Assembly (NCBI GenBank): GCA_036339735.1
Contig: JAYZAL010000064.1
Coordinates: 32,001 to 96,000, forward strand
From: Candidatus Poribacteria bacterium
GTDB taxonomy: Bacteria; Poribacteria; WGA-4E; UBA9662
DNA: 64,000 nucleotides
Direction: 5' to 3'
A program made the translations under genes and the position numbers. The notes under the pieces are model-generated. The model was not told the DNA's origin. It made no database searches and saw nothing but the letters and a program-made list of their open reading frames with translations. Each line of letters starts with the position of its first letter. The stretch's first letter is position 1. Shown here one piece after another: positions 46,317 through 56,529 of the stretch.

Positions 46317-47804
46317 ATGAGCGGGCCTATAAAAAGACCAAATCTAGTTTACCTTTTTGCTGATCAATTACGGTACCATTCTTGTGGATTTGCGGGTGAT
46401 CCTTGGGCCCAAACACCTAACATGGATTTACTGGCTAGCCAAGGCGTCAATTTTACCAATGCAACGTCCAATACACCAGTTTGTTCTGCCTATCGCGCTT
46501 CGCTATTTACTGGGAAATACCAAAGTAGTCACGGTATGGTCATTAACGAACTGAGGTTGAGCCCAGAGCATAAGTGTTTTGGACATGTTTTGACTGCTAA
46601 TGGTTATCGGACGGCTTACATTGGAAAATGGCACTTGTGGGCTAACGAACTCGGTAATCATCGCGCGATTCGTAACGGGTTTGTGCCACCGGGGCCATAT
46701 CGATTAGGTTTTGACGATTATTGGGCTGGATATAATTTTAATCATAACTCATACGACTCTTACTATTTTGAGGAAACCGCGACCCCAATCCCCTACAATG
46801 GCTATGAAGCTGATATACAGACCAACCTTGCAATCGATTATATTCGCCAAGCTGCCAGAAATAGTTCCCCATTTGCCATCTTTCTTTCGTGGGGGCCACC
46901 ACACGACCCTTGGGGACCAGATAACATCCCTGATGAATATTGGAAGATGTTTGAAGGCGTTGATATTCATCCAAACCCTAATTTTTCTTCTCAGCCAGAT
47001 CCTTATTCCGATAATTGGGCAAAAATCACCCCAGATTATTTGAATGATTTGCAAAACTCGATGAGAGGTTATTATGCCCAAACAACCAATATCGATTGGA
47101 ACTTGGGGAGAGTGATGGATTGCCTCGAGCAAGTTGGATTAGCGGAAAATACTATTTTAGTCTTTACCTCTGATCATGGAGAGATGTTTGGCTCACAAGG
47201 TAGACGAGCCAAAAACATATTCTATAATGAAGCTTGTCATGTGCCTTTTTTACTACGTCACAGTAGGAAAACGCTGTCAGAACACAAGACTAATGTCAAC
47301 TTCAGTACGGTTGATATTATGCCAACTTTGTTATCGATGATGAATTTACCGATTCCTTCTACCGTCGAAGGTTCAGACGTCAGTAGTTTTGCCATTCAGG
47401 GGTCGGGGGTCGGACCAATTGCAACTTTTATGCAAGGTATGGGAACAACAGCTGCTTGGACTGATGGTACCGAGTGGAGAGGAGTAAAGGATAATGAGTT
47501 CACTTTCGCTGTTTATCGTGAAAATAGACGGGAGTTTCTGTTCAGTAATGAGGACGATCCATACCAGTTAAAAAACTTGGCTAAAAATCCTGATTACACT
47601 GATAAAGCCCAACTTTATAGGACCTTATTAGATGATTGGATGAATGTTCAAGAAGACGGATTTGAAGCTTGTTCTTGGTACCGAAATCAATGGACTAAAG
47701 ACCGAAACATTATCCGAGGTGCTAAAGGCGGATGTCACGATCTTGAACAACTGAGTGAAATTATCTTAACACATTTCCCTGATATTGATTGTGTTCTACC
47801 TTAG
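46317..47804 (+). CDS. sulfatase (Cys-type)
   Basis: PNLVYLFADQ, PVCSAYRASLFTG, GKWHL, PPHDP, TSDHGE. Confidence 0.93.
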   Translation: MSGPIKRPNLVYLFADQLRYHSCGFAGDPWAQTPNMDLLASQGVNFTNATSNTPVCSAYRASLFTGKYQSSHGMVINELRLSPEHKCFGHVLTANGYRTAYIGKWHLWANELGNHRAIRNGFVPPGPYRLGFDDYWAGYNFNHNSYDSYYFEETATPIPYNGYEADIQTNLAIDYIRQAARNSSPFAIFLSWGPPHDPWGPDNIPDEYWKMFEGVDIHPNPNFSSQPDPYSDNWAKITPDYLNDLQNSMRGYYAQTTNIDWNLGRVMDCLEQVGLAENTILVFTSDHGEMFGSQGRRAKNIFYNEACHVPFLLRHSRKTLSEHKTNVNFSTVDIMPTLLSMMNLPIPSTVEGSDVSSFAIQGSGVGPIATFMQGMGTTAAWTDGTEWRGVKDNEFTFAVYRENRREFLFSNEDDPYQLKNLAKNPDYTDKAQLYRTLLDDWMNVQEDGFEACSWYRNQWTKDRNIIRGAKGGCHDLEQLSEIILTHFPDIDCVLP

Positions 47805-48513
47805 ATATTTGGTCTGTTTTTTACCCGTTTTTATTATTCTAGATCGCGGCTTTGCCGCAGACGACTCATTTGAGCAGGGGATGTTGCACTATCGGGCTCG
47901 TCATTTTGATCAAGCTATCAAAAAATTCGAGTACACTGTTGACCTCTTTCCAAATCACGCAGAGGCTTACAATTACTTGGGTGAATCTTTGTACGAGATG
48001 GGATCCTATATACAAGCGGTCAAATCGTTTAAAAAGGCCTTACAGATTAAGCCAGGCTATGGTCGAGCTGAAGTTAATTTGTTAGTTACTAGCTGGAAAT
48101 TACCTCCGTCAGTTAAGCCTCCCCCATTGGAAGGCTGGCCTGAAGTTCGGTTGCAATTGATAAGTGGTTACACCATTGCCATTGGGGCCGCTGTACTAGC
48201 TTACTTGGGTGGAAATCTGATTGGTGCTAAGAATCAGGAAGGTATTGTTCCTTATGAAGTCGGTGCAATAGGCTTAACTGTTGGCAGCATTGAACAAATT
48301 TATCTATTAGGCGAAGAGTTGGGTTATGGTGGTGGCCAACGTATCAACGTGATCGCTGGAGCTATTTTCTGCCCATTGATTGGCAGTATTATATATAGCA
48401 AAGTTCCGCAGGTTGGTCAAACAGGGTATCTTCGAGGAGCGGCTTATGGTGCATTACTAGCACCAATCGGCGCTATTGTTGGTTATCATCTGTCTAAAAA
48501 TAGTCTATTCTAA
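47785..48513 (+). CDS. TPR-repeat protein with C-terminal Gly-rich hydrophobic segments
   Basis: Signal-like N-terminus; AEAYNYLG..Y..G.Y..A...FKKALQIKP TPRs; glycine-zipper-like C-terminus. Confidence 0.75.
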   Translation: MIVFYLRYLVCFLPVFIILDRGFAADDSFEQGMLHYRARHFDQAIKKFEYTVDLFPNHAEAYNYLGESLYEMGSYIQAVKSFKKALQIKPGYGRAEVNLLVTSWKLPPSVKPPPLEGWPEVRLQLISGYTIAIGAAVLAYLGGNLIGAKNQEGIVPYEVGAIGLTVGSIEQIYLLGEELGYGGGQRINVIAGAIFCPLIGSIIYSKVPQVGQTGYLRGAAYGALLAPIGAIVGYHLSKNSLF

Positions 48514-48582
48514 TCTGATTGCCGATACTTTGATTTCGACATCAAATAATCATGGGGACTTTTTTTATTAGACAGATTGAAC

Positions 48583-50454
48583 TTATCGAATGTCCCCGAT
48601 CCAAGTCAGAAATTTATCAGCCGGTATGAAAGAGGAAATTCGTTTTCCTTCTAATTCTTGACCACTACTATCGAAAAAGGCAACGATTGGTAGCCCACTG
48701 ACTTGATACTTAGCTTTCAGTGTTTTGATTCTTGGATCTTTTGGGTTGGTGAAGTCAAGCTTGATTGTGACGAAATCATTTAATCGCTCAACTACTTCAG
48801 GCTGTGAAAAAGTTCGGTGATCTAATTCTTTGCATGCCGAACACCAGTCGGCGTAAAAATCGATCATGATAGGCTTATTTTTCTGTTTAGCAATCATAAA
48901 GCCTTCTGATTCATCTTTAATCCAATTTACCTTTGGCTCATTATTATGAGATCTAAGAGTTTCTTTAAATTGAAATCCACCATTAATAAATCCTCCAGCC
49001 ACTATATAAAAACCGATTACAGCTATCAATACACCGAATGCTTTCTGCAAATAAGAAAGCCCTCTTAGATCTTTAAAGCGCTTAGTGAATTTTCCAATTT
49101 GTATACCATTGATGATAAAAATTAAGCCAATGGCCAAAAATTCTACTGAATTTCTTAGTAGTAAATTTAGAGGAAGCCAAATGTTTTTGAGATAAAAAAG
49201 GGACATGGCGATGATTGCAACACCGAAAATGTTTTCTAGCACGTACATCCACCCACCTGACTTGGGTAAAGAGCCTAAAATACTAGAGAAAGTACCGATC
49301 ACAATAAAAAGTAGACCCATACCAATTGCGTACGTCAACATTAAAAAAAAGCCTAATGTTATATTATTAGTAGTAGCTACATAAGATAGTACGGCACCTA
49401 AGGCCGGTCCTGTACAAGGAGCTGCAATTACTCCAGCTACTGTTCCCATTATAAATGCACCACCAAACCCAGATCCACCGACTGCATTAAGTCGATTTTG
49501 AATACTCATTGGTAGTTGCAGATCAAATAAACCTAACATTGATAGACCGAGAATTATTAAAATAGTACAGACTAGACCCATGGCAATCGGGTTAGCCATA
49601 ATGGTACCAAATACTGAACCAGTTGAGGCTACAATGACTCCTAGGATTGAGTACATTACAGCCATGCCAAAAACATAACTAATTGACAACAAAAAGGATT
49701 TTCTTCGACTTGTATCCTTTCCTGCTCCAAATACAGATACTGTTATTGGGACCAGTGGGTATACACATGGTGTTAGACTAGTCAGAATTCCACCGATAAA
49801 AACAAATAGGAACGCCCAGAGATGCCCCTTCGATAATGCAGAGAGAAACTGATCATCAGGTGGTAAGTTTTCATTTTGTTCTCTTATGTCTTTTGAGAAT
49901 GGGTTGAAATTGAAATTTTCGAATATGTCAGTGTGGATCGATTGGGTCGATTTCTCAGAGGAAACAATTTTTAACTGTATAGGAACAGACAATTCAGTTG
50001 GCATAAGGCAACTCTGGTCATTGCATGCCTGGTAACGTAAAACTGACATGAATTCAATCAATCCGAGTGGTGCGCTATTACTGACTTGTCCCTTAAAGCC
50101 AATTAATGACTGGTAATGATAGAGTGGAACTTTACCGACTGAAGCTAATTCAGTGATTTCTCCCTCTGAGTACAATACCGACTCTAAACTTAAGTAAGGT
50201 TGCTCTGGTAGAATTAACTCTGTTGGAATCAAGTAATTTTGGCCCGCAGGATTAGCGTTTATATGCCAACCGTCTTGGATTTCTATCCGAATTACAGCTT
50301 CAAAGCTTTGACCAGCGTGAAATTGATCTTTTGATAGAAAGGTTCTTGCTGTAACAATTTCGTTCGGACTATTCAAGAATTGGGCTTGGCTGAATTTGTG
50401 GCTCCAGCTACACAAGACCATCAGTATTAGAATTATTTTCCAGCGAGCAGCCAT
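48583..50454 (-). CDS. dsbD: protein-disulfide reductase DsbD
   Basis: N-domain QACND.SC; TM domain LTPCVYP and APCTGP; thioredoxin DFYADWCSACK. Confidence 0.93.
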   Translation of the reverse strand: MAARWKIILILMVLCSWSHKFSQAQFLNSPNEIVTARTFLSKDQFHAGQSFEAVIRIEIQDGWHINANPAGQNYLIPTELILPEQPYLSLESVLYSEGEITELASVGKVPLYHYQSLIGFKGQVSNSAPLGLIEFMSVLRYQACNDQSCLMPTELSVPIQLKIVSSEKSTQSIHTDIFENFNFNPFSKDIREQNENLPPDDQFLSALSKGHLWAFLFVFIGGILTSLTPCVYPLVPITVSVFGAGKDTSRRKSFLLSISYVFGMAVMYSILGVIVASTGSVFGTIMANPIAMGLVCTILIILGLSMLGLFDLQLPMSIQNRLNAVGGSGFGGAFIMGTVAGVIAAPCTGPALGAVLSYVATTNNITLGFFLMLTYAIGMGLLFIVIGTFSSILGSLPKSGGWMYVLENIFGVAIIAMSLFYLKNIWLPLNLLLRNSVEFLAIGLIFIINGIQIGKFTKRFKDLRGLSYLQKAFGVLIAVIGFYIVAGGFINGGFQFKETLRSHNNEPKVNWIKDESEGFMIAKQKNKPIMIDFYADWCSACKELDHRTFSQPEVVERLNDFVTIKLDFTNPKDPRIKTLKAKYQVSGLPIVAFFDSSGQELEGKRISSFIPADKFLTWIGDIR

Positions 50455-50602
50455 TTATTTACTTTTCCTTGGTCAAATATCAAGACATGATCATTGCAAT
50501 AGATTGTAATATTTTGAGAGTTGACATGAACAATATTAGAATAGCTTAGTCCCTTCAAAATGAAAAATTATTGACTCGTAAGTGTATACCATACTAAATG
50601 AG

Positions 50603-51781
50603 ATGACAAAAATTAATCAGTTAGAGTTAAAAAAAACTCAGTTGAATCAATGGATTCGAAAACAAGCCGAAAAAATGGGATTTGATTTGGTTGGTATAGT
50701 GCCTGCTGACCCTCCAAAACTTATCGATCGTTACCGTGAATGGTTAAATCTAGGTTATGCAGGTGAAATGGAGTACCTACACCGCCATTTCCCTTTAAAA
50801 CAAGACCCAAAAAACTTATTACCAGAAGTGAAATCTGTTATTTCATTAGGATTGAACTATTATACTGTTGAGCCTGATGCTGTGCGAAAGCTGGATCCTA
50901 CCCGTGGTCAAATTTCCCGCTACGCTTGGGGGGAAGATTACCATGATGTAATCCGTAAACGACTCAAGCGATTAGTTAAAAAAATTGAAAAACGTTTAAA
51001 AAGAGAAACAAAAAGCCGCGTTTTTGTTGACTCTGGTCCCATTTTGGAACGTGATTATGCCCAAACTGCTGGTTTAGGCTGGATTGGCAAAAATACCAAT
51101 TTAATCAATTGGCAAAAAGGATCGTGGTATTTTTTAGCTGAAATTTTGATCAGCCTGGATTTAGGTGTCGATGTTTTACCTGCACGTGGTAGTTGTGGCT
51201 CTTGCACACTTTGCATAGAGGCTTGTCCAACTGACGCTATTGTTGCTCCGAATCAGGTAGATGCAAGGAGTTGTATTTCTTACTTAACTATCGAGTTGAA
51301 AGAAGCAATACCGATGGATCTAAGACCAGGTCTTGGCAACCTAATTTTCGGTTGTGATATTTGTCAGGAGGTATGTCCCTGGAATACCAAATCACAACCA
51401 ACTTCTGTTGAAGAATTCCAACCTAGAAAGGGTAATCTCCTGCCAAAATTAGCCGACTTAATTGGTATTACGCAAAACGAATTTAGCCAAAAGTTCAAAG
51501 GAAGTCCGATCAAGAGAGCTAAACGACGTGGTTTTTTACGGAACGTAGTCGTGGCTATGGGAAATTCAAAAGACCCGTCGATGGTTGAGCCTCTTCAATC
51601 AGCTATTTGGGATACTGAACCACTAGTACGTCAACATGCAGCATGGGCTTTAGGGCAAATTGCTACACCGCTGGCTGAAACTATTCTCAAAAAAAAATTA
51701 CAAAATGAAAATAACATTGAGGTTGCAACCGAAATCGAGTCTGCTTTGCAAATTATCGAATCAGAGAATATGAAAGACTAA
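50603..51781 (+). CDS. queG: epoxyqueuosine reductase with C-terminal HEAT repeats
   Basis: SRYAWGEDYH, VDSGPILER, AGLGWIGKN, CGSCTLCIEACPT, CISYLTIE, GCDICQEVCPWN. ATG 50603 chosen over GTG 50582. Confidence 0.95.
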   Translation: MTKINQLELKKTQLNQWIRKQAEKMGFDLVGIVPADPPKLIDRYREWLNLGYAGEMEYLHRHFPLKQDPKNLLPEVKSVISLGLNYYTVEPDAVRKLDPTRGQISRYAWGEDYHDVIRKRLKRLVKKIEKRLKRETKSRVFVDSGPILERDYAQTAGLGWIGKNTNLINWQKGSWYFLAEILISLDLGVDVLPARGSCGSCTLCIEACPTDAIVAPNQVDARSCISYLTIELKEAIPMDLRPGLGNLIFGCDICQEVCPWNTKSQPTSVEEFQPRKGNLLPKLADLIGITQNEFSQKFKGSPIKRAKRRGFLRNVVVAMGNSKDPSMVEPLQSAIWDTEPLVRQHAAWALGQIATPLAETILKKKLQNENNIEVATEIESALQIIESENMKD

Positions 51782-52167
51782 TTCAACTGGATTTTTTGAC
51801 TTTGATTAATTTAGTCAAGAACAATATTAGTGCTCGAATCGAGTAAAAAACTATAATGATCCTGGAATGTGAATTTTCTGGCACATTCCCAAATTTTAAC
51901 TAAACATTTAGGAATCGTTGTCCGACAAGATTTTAACTTTAGGTTCCAAATAATTATAAATTCAAGATTTCAAAAAATAGGTGGCAGATCAGCTTTGATT
52001 CTTAGAGCCTGAAACTCTTTTTGTTTTGGTAACGTTAGTTTCTGCGTGTAACTATAGAATTGGAAATCGTTATTGTTTTCTAGCCAGCCTGACTCGTTTG
52101 TTTCAATCACAATAAGCTGAAAGCTTAATAATACGAATTACTTTCTCCTCCTGTATCAGATTAACTA

Positions 52168-53535
52168 ATGACAAAAAAAACAGTACAGCGGCCTACCATG
52201 AACTATAAAATCCTTTGCGTGGATGATGAGCAAATCATTTTGGACGCTCTAGATCGCTTGTTTCGTCATATTGGTTACCAGCATGTTTTAACTGCTCACA
52301 GTGGTGAGTTAGGGTTGGGGATTTTGGAAAACAACCAAGATACAGATGTAATTATTGCAGATGAAAGAATGGGAAATGGTATGTCAGGAAGTCAATTTTT
52401 GAAAGAGAGTATGATTTTCTGCCCTGAAGCTGTGCGGATTCAATTAACTGCCTATTCTGATTCAGAGATCTTGGTAAAAGCAGTGAATACTGCTAATATC
52501 TTCCGTCATGTTCGTAAGCCATGGAATAACAAGCAGTTGGTTCAGATTGTACAAGAGGGGTTAAAGGGACGGTTATTAAAACGAAGAGAAACTCAGAGAT
52601 TAGATAAAATGACGCAGGCTGCCAAATATTATCGAGCTGAGAGCATTCGTTTGAAAAAAGAAAATCAGGAACTAACATCAAATCTCGACCAGTTGCAAGA
52701 GTCAATCGGGCAAACCGCTAGTAAGACAAATCAAAGTTTTTTAGATACTTTACTGTTTACTATGCAGTATGTAAATCCAGTATTATGGCAACACTCTAGA
52801 CGAGTTGGTAAATGGTGTCGACTGATGGCTGATGCTGTAGTTGAAGACGGGCAAAGTAGTGTCGCTTTCCCGGCTGATATGTTGGAGATGGCAGGTGTTT
52901 TACATGATATTGGCAAACTTAAATTCCCTGAATCTCTTTGGAGGATACCCTTCGCAGATTTGAGCGAAGATCAAAAAAATCAAGTCGGTATGCACGTCGA
53001 AGATGGATTGTGGTTAATCAGACGACTGCCAGATGAAGTTCGAAAAACCTTAAGAAAACCGATTCGACAACATCATGAGCGAAGGGATGGCAAAGGATAT
53101 TACGGTATTTTTTTAGACCAAATTGACTCTTGGGCACAAATTATTGGAATTGTCAGTGACTATGACAATTTTCGATTTTCGGAATTGCATGGTGGCCCGT
53201 TAGGTCCGTTAGAAGTTATTGAAAAGATGAAAGAAGATATTTACTCACCTAGCGAGCAAATTGGTAAATACAACGAACGATTTTTTGCTCTTTTTGAGTA
53301 TTTGTCAATCAACGTGTCCGATGAGGAATTAGAACGCAATGAATCTGTTGAACTACCTTCGATACAAGATGTAACCCCAGGACATATACTGGCGGAAGAT
53401 CTATATACGGTCAAAGACATCTTCTTCCTTGTTAGAGGTCATATGATTGAAAGCAGTGATATTGAAAAAATGAGGATTTACGAAGACGAAGACAATGGTG
53501 TGAGAAATATCTGGGTCCAATCTTCGAAAGAATAA
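52168..53535 (+). CDS. response regulator with HD-GYP-type (c-di-GMP phosphodiesterase-like) output domain
   Basis: Receiver CVDDE...ADERM...KPW; HSRRV, LHDIGK, HHERRDGKGYYG. Confidence 0.88.
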   Translation: MTKKTVQRPTMNYKILCVDDEQIILDALDRLFRHIGYQHVLTAHSGELGLGILENNQDTDVIIADERMGNGMSGSQFLKESMIFCPEAVRIQLTAYSDSEILVKAVNTANIFRHVRKPWNNKQLVQIVQEGLKGRLLKRRETQRLDKMTQAAKYYRAESIRLKKENQELTSNLDQLQESIGQTASKTNQSFLDTLLFTMQYVNPVLWQHSRRVGKWCRLMADAVVEDGQSSVAFPADMLEMAGVLHDIGKLKFPESLWRIPFADLSEDQKNQVGMHVEDGLWLIRRLPDEVRKTLRKPIRQHHERRDGKGYYGIFLDQIDSWAQIIGIVSDYDNFRFSELHGGPLGPLEVIEKMKEDIYSPSEQIGKYNERFFALFEYLSINVSDEELERNESVELPSIQDVTPGHILAEDLYTVKDIFFLVRGHMIESSDIEKMRIYEDEDNGVRNIWVQSSKE

Positions 53536-53793
53536 AATCGAAGGAACAAATCAGATCGGATGTGAAATATTAATTTCTTCCGGTTTGGGAAAATTAAGAC
53601 GACTTGTTTCTGAACATGGATTTGCAAGTCTCCAAGCCATGTCTGTGTCAGGTTAAGATCAATCTTGACTCTAAAATGACTTGCCGACCTCATGAGGGTA
53701 CTAAAGGCCGAAATGCCTAGACGTAAAAATTTTCATTAATTTTCGAAATATTAAACTAAGTTCACAATTTGAAACGTAAAACGTATTTATTCA

Positions 53794-54282
53794 ATGATAA
53801 TTCAACTACCAGGTAAAATTTGCACTTCTGAGCAATTATCTCAAATAATAAAAAAGAAAAAGGCTCTAGATGAGGTGATAGTAAGTACAAATGGCTGTTT
53901 TGACTTGCTTCATGTGGGTCATTTGCGCTACCTGAAAGCAGCAAAAAAGATGGGAGACATACTAGTAGTCGGAGTTAACAGCGACGAATCAGTCAGATAC
54001 TTAAAAGGTGCTAATCGACCACTGGTGCCAGAAATGGAACGAGCAGAGATGCTTTCAGGTTTAGATTGTGTCGATTATGTGGTCATTTTCTCAGAGCCCG
54101 ATCCAAGGAACCTCCTATCGATCCTCAAACCTACCATTCACGTTAAAGGTGGCGATTATTCTATTGAACAAGTAATCGAGCGAGATGTTGTTGAAGAAAA
54201 TGGTGGCCGGGTTATAGTCGGTATTAATGTGGCTGGCAAATCCACGACTAATGTAATCCAAATGATCCGAGATCTATACTAA
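53794..54282 (+). CDS. rfaE2: D-glycero-beta-D-manno-heptose-1-phosphate adenylyltransferase (RfaE domain II)
   Basis: TNGCFDLLHVGH..YL, GVNSD.SV..LKG..RP, VKGGDY, STT. Confidence 0.94.
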   Translation: MIIQLPGKICTSEQLSQIIKKKKALDEVIVSTNGCFDLLHVGHLRYLKAAKKMGDILVVGVNSDESVRYLKGANRPLVPEMERAEMLSGLDCVDYVVIFSEPDPRNLLSILKPTIHVKGGDYSIEQVIERDVVEENGGRVIVGINVAGKSTTNVIQMIRDLY

Positions 54283-55283
54283 CCTCGTTCCCTTATGTAT
54301 TCCGGTTGTGCGATCTGAAATTCTTGTGGGACTCGACCAGAAACAACCGCTTCGACATCACGCACAAGTAGAGACCCGATATTCAGAAGACCTTCTCCGA
54401 TAGCACCTGCCCTATGTGAAGATAACACCACATTTGGTAGTTGCCTGATTGGATGACTCAAGGGTAATGGTTCTTGAGGATACACATCGATTCCTGCTTT
54501 AAAACGGCCTTGGGATAACAAATCAGTCAAGGCTTCAAAATCAACTACATGTGCTCGGCTCATTAGCAAAAAGACTGAATCATCACCAATCAATTCTAGT
54601 TTTTGACGATCTAACAGAGCCCGGTTAGATTGTGTTGGTACAGCTAGTACATAGATGAAGCGAGACGTTTCCAACAAATTCTCTAAACCAACGGGTTGAA
54701 CCCCTTCTTGTTTTAAGTAACTATCTGTTAACCAAGGATCATAGACCTGAATTGAAGTACGAAAAGGCTTCAATAGATTTCTGAGTGATCGTGCTAATCC
54801 ACCAAAGCCAATAAAACCAGTTGGTTTGTCATACAAGGAAAAGGTTCCTCCAAATTCTTTATGACTCCAATTTGCTTGTCCTTTCCGAAAAGCCGCGTCA
54901 TTCCAAACAATTTGACGTGCTGTTGCAATTGATAACCCAAGAGCCATCTCAGCAACTACTGGGCCAAAAGCTGGTGCGCAACTCATTACTCGAATACCTC
55001 GAGCGAAACAGTCTTTGTAAGACAATTGCCTCGGAGATGGAAACCCTCCACTGACTTCAAAGATAGATTGTAATTTGGGGAACCGGGACACATCACCGTA
55101 ACGCCACTGCCCAGTAATAACTATAGTGATATCTTCCTTCAGATCAAATAGTTCATCATCAGTTATAGGTTGATCTTTCCCCCATACTACATCGCTTAAA
55201 TTATATAGCTGTTTCAAATCTTTAGGATAAAAAATATTACTTCGTCGTCGAAAATGAGTATCCAACAATATCTTGTGGAACAT
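54279..55283 (-). CDS. D-isomer-specific 2-hydroxyacid dehydrogenase
   Basis: VAEMALGL, GFIGFGGLA, YDP, SRAHVVD, IDVYPQEP, SSHRAG. Confidence 0.9.
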   Translation of the reverse strand: MFHKILLDTHFRRRSNIFYPKDLKQLYNLSDVVWGKDQPITDDELFDLKEDITIVITGQWRYGDVSRFPKLQSIFEVSGGFPSPRQLSYKDCFARGIRVMSCAPAFGPVVAEMALGLSIATARQIVWNDAAFRKGQANWSHKEFGGTFSLYDKPTGFIGFGGLARSLRNLLKPFRTSIQVYDPWLTDSYLKQEGVQPVGLENLLETSRFIYVLAVPTQSNRALLDRQKLELIGDDSVFLLMSRAHVVDFEALTDLLSQGRFKAGIDVYPQEPLPLSHPIRQLPNVVLSSHRAGAIGEGLLNIGSLLVRDVEAVVSGRVPQEFQIAQPEYIRERG

Positions 55284-55700
55284 GATTTTAGTTTTCTATT
55301 TGACTTGGTAGTAGAAAGCTGTAGTTTGCACCCATACTTATGACAGATAACTACGTTGCGAGTTGTGTGTACAAATGAAAGTTAATTGGTCTATCTTTTG
55401 TCTTTCATTTGCCATTTTATACAGAAGATGTCGTCGTTGATCAGTAATTTGGTCAAATTCTAAGATGGTTTGACCAATGTAGCGTTTTAATGACCTTATC
55501 ACAGTATTTATTTGCACATTTGTTGAGACAAATTTGAGGACTCAAAAAATTCTATCATAAACCAACTATTGTTTACTTGTTTTTTTCCGGTGGAAGTCAA
55601 GATCGAGTGCATAGCATGAATCGTGTGCCGTATGCTAGAATTGGCGAGTGTTATTCATTAATTTTGATAAAAAAGTTCGATATGCTATGAGGCTGACAAT

Positions 55701-56516
55701 ATGAAATTGGCAATTTGCAACGAAATGTTCGAGGATTGGAAAATTGAAGACGTCTTTGATTGCGCTGCACAACTAGGCTATCGAGGGGTTGAGATTGCCC
55801 CATTTACTTTGGCTGACGATGTGAGAGATATCAGTTCTAATCAGCGAGACCAAATTAAAAAAGCTGCCGCCAACAGCCAAATAGAGATCGTTGGCTTACA
55901 TTGGTTATTAGTATCTCCAAAGGGATTGTATGTTAATCACCCTGACGATGAGATTCGAGAAAAAACGCTAGACTATTTCCTGGCTTTGATAGACTTGTGT
56001 GCAGACTTGGAAGGTCGAGTCATGATTATTGGCTCGCCGCAACAGAGGTCTATTCAAGAAGGATGGGATTCTGACCAGTCATGGAGTTATGCTCGAGAAA
56101 CCTTCACACACAGTGCTAATTATGCTCAAGATAAAGGTGTTTTACTGTGTATGGAACCTCTATCCGACAACCAGACTAATTTTATCAATACACCATCTCA
56201 GGCTGTGGAAATGATTCATCAGGTCAATAGTCCAAATTTTCGTTTGATTTTGGACGTTTGTAGTACAGCGAACCAGGGATTGGATATGCCAACCGAAATC
56301 CGTCAATTTTCTAGTGATCTAGCTCATTTTCATACCAATGATAATAATTTATATTTACCAGGTTCTGGTGATGTTGACTATCCGCCTATCATTTCAGCAT
56401 TAGCTGAGACTAACTACGATGGTTATTTATCGACTGAAGTTTTTAACTTTGAGCCAGATCCTGTAACAATAGCCACTCAAAGTATCAGGTTCTTAAAAAA
56501 AATAATAGCTAGTTGA
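55701..56516 (+). CDS. sugar-phosphate isomerase/epimerase (TIM-barrel, D-tagatose 3-epimerase-like)
   Basis: GVEIAP, CMEPL, LILD, HFHTND, PGSG..D, Y.G.LS.E. Confidence 0.87.
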   Translation: MKLAICNEMFEDWKIEDVFDCAAQLGYRGVEIAPFTLADDVRDISSNQRDQIKKAAANSQIEIVGLHWLLVSPKGLYVNHPDDEIREKTLDYFLALIDLCADLEGRVMIIGSPQQRSIQEGWDSDQSWSYARETFTHSANYAQDKGVLLCMEPLSDNQTNFINTPSQAVEMIHQVNSPNFRLILDVCSTANQGLDMPTEIRQFSSDLAHFHTNDNNLYLPGSGDVDYPPIISALAETNYDGYLSTEVFNFEPDPVTIATQSIRFLKKIIAS

Positions 56517-56529
56517 GGAGTAAAAATAA

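Noticed and set aside
50521-50600. TTGACA/TTGACT promoter candidates before queG
   Set aside because: No convincing -10 hexamer at 16-18 nt spacing.
53696-53730. c-di-GMP-I riboswitch-like string (GGC-CGAAAT-GCC...GACGTAAA) after the HD-GYP gene
   Set aside because: Lacks the conserved GGCAAA/GACGCAAA core and a second stem; the downstream gene (rfaE2) is an unlikely target. An Rfam scan would settle it.
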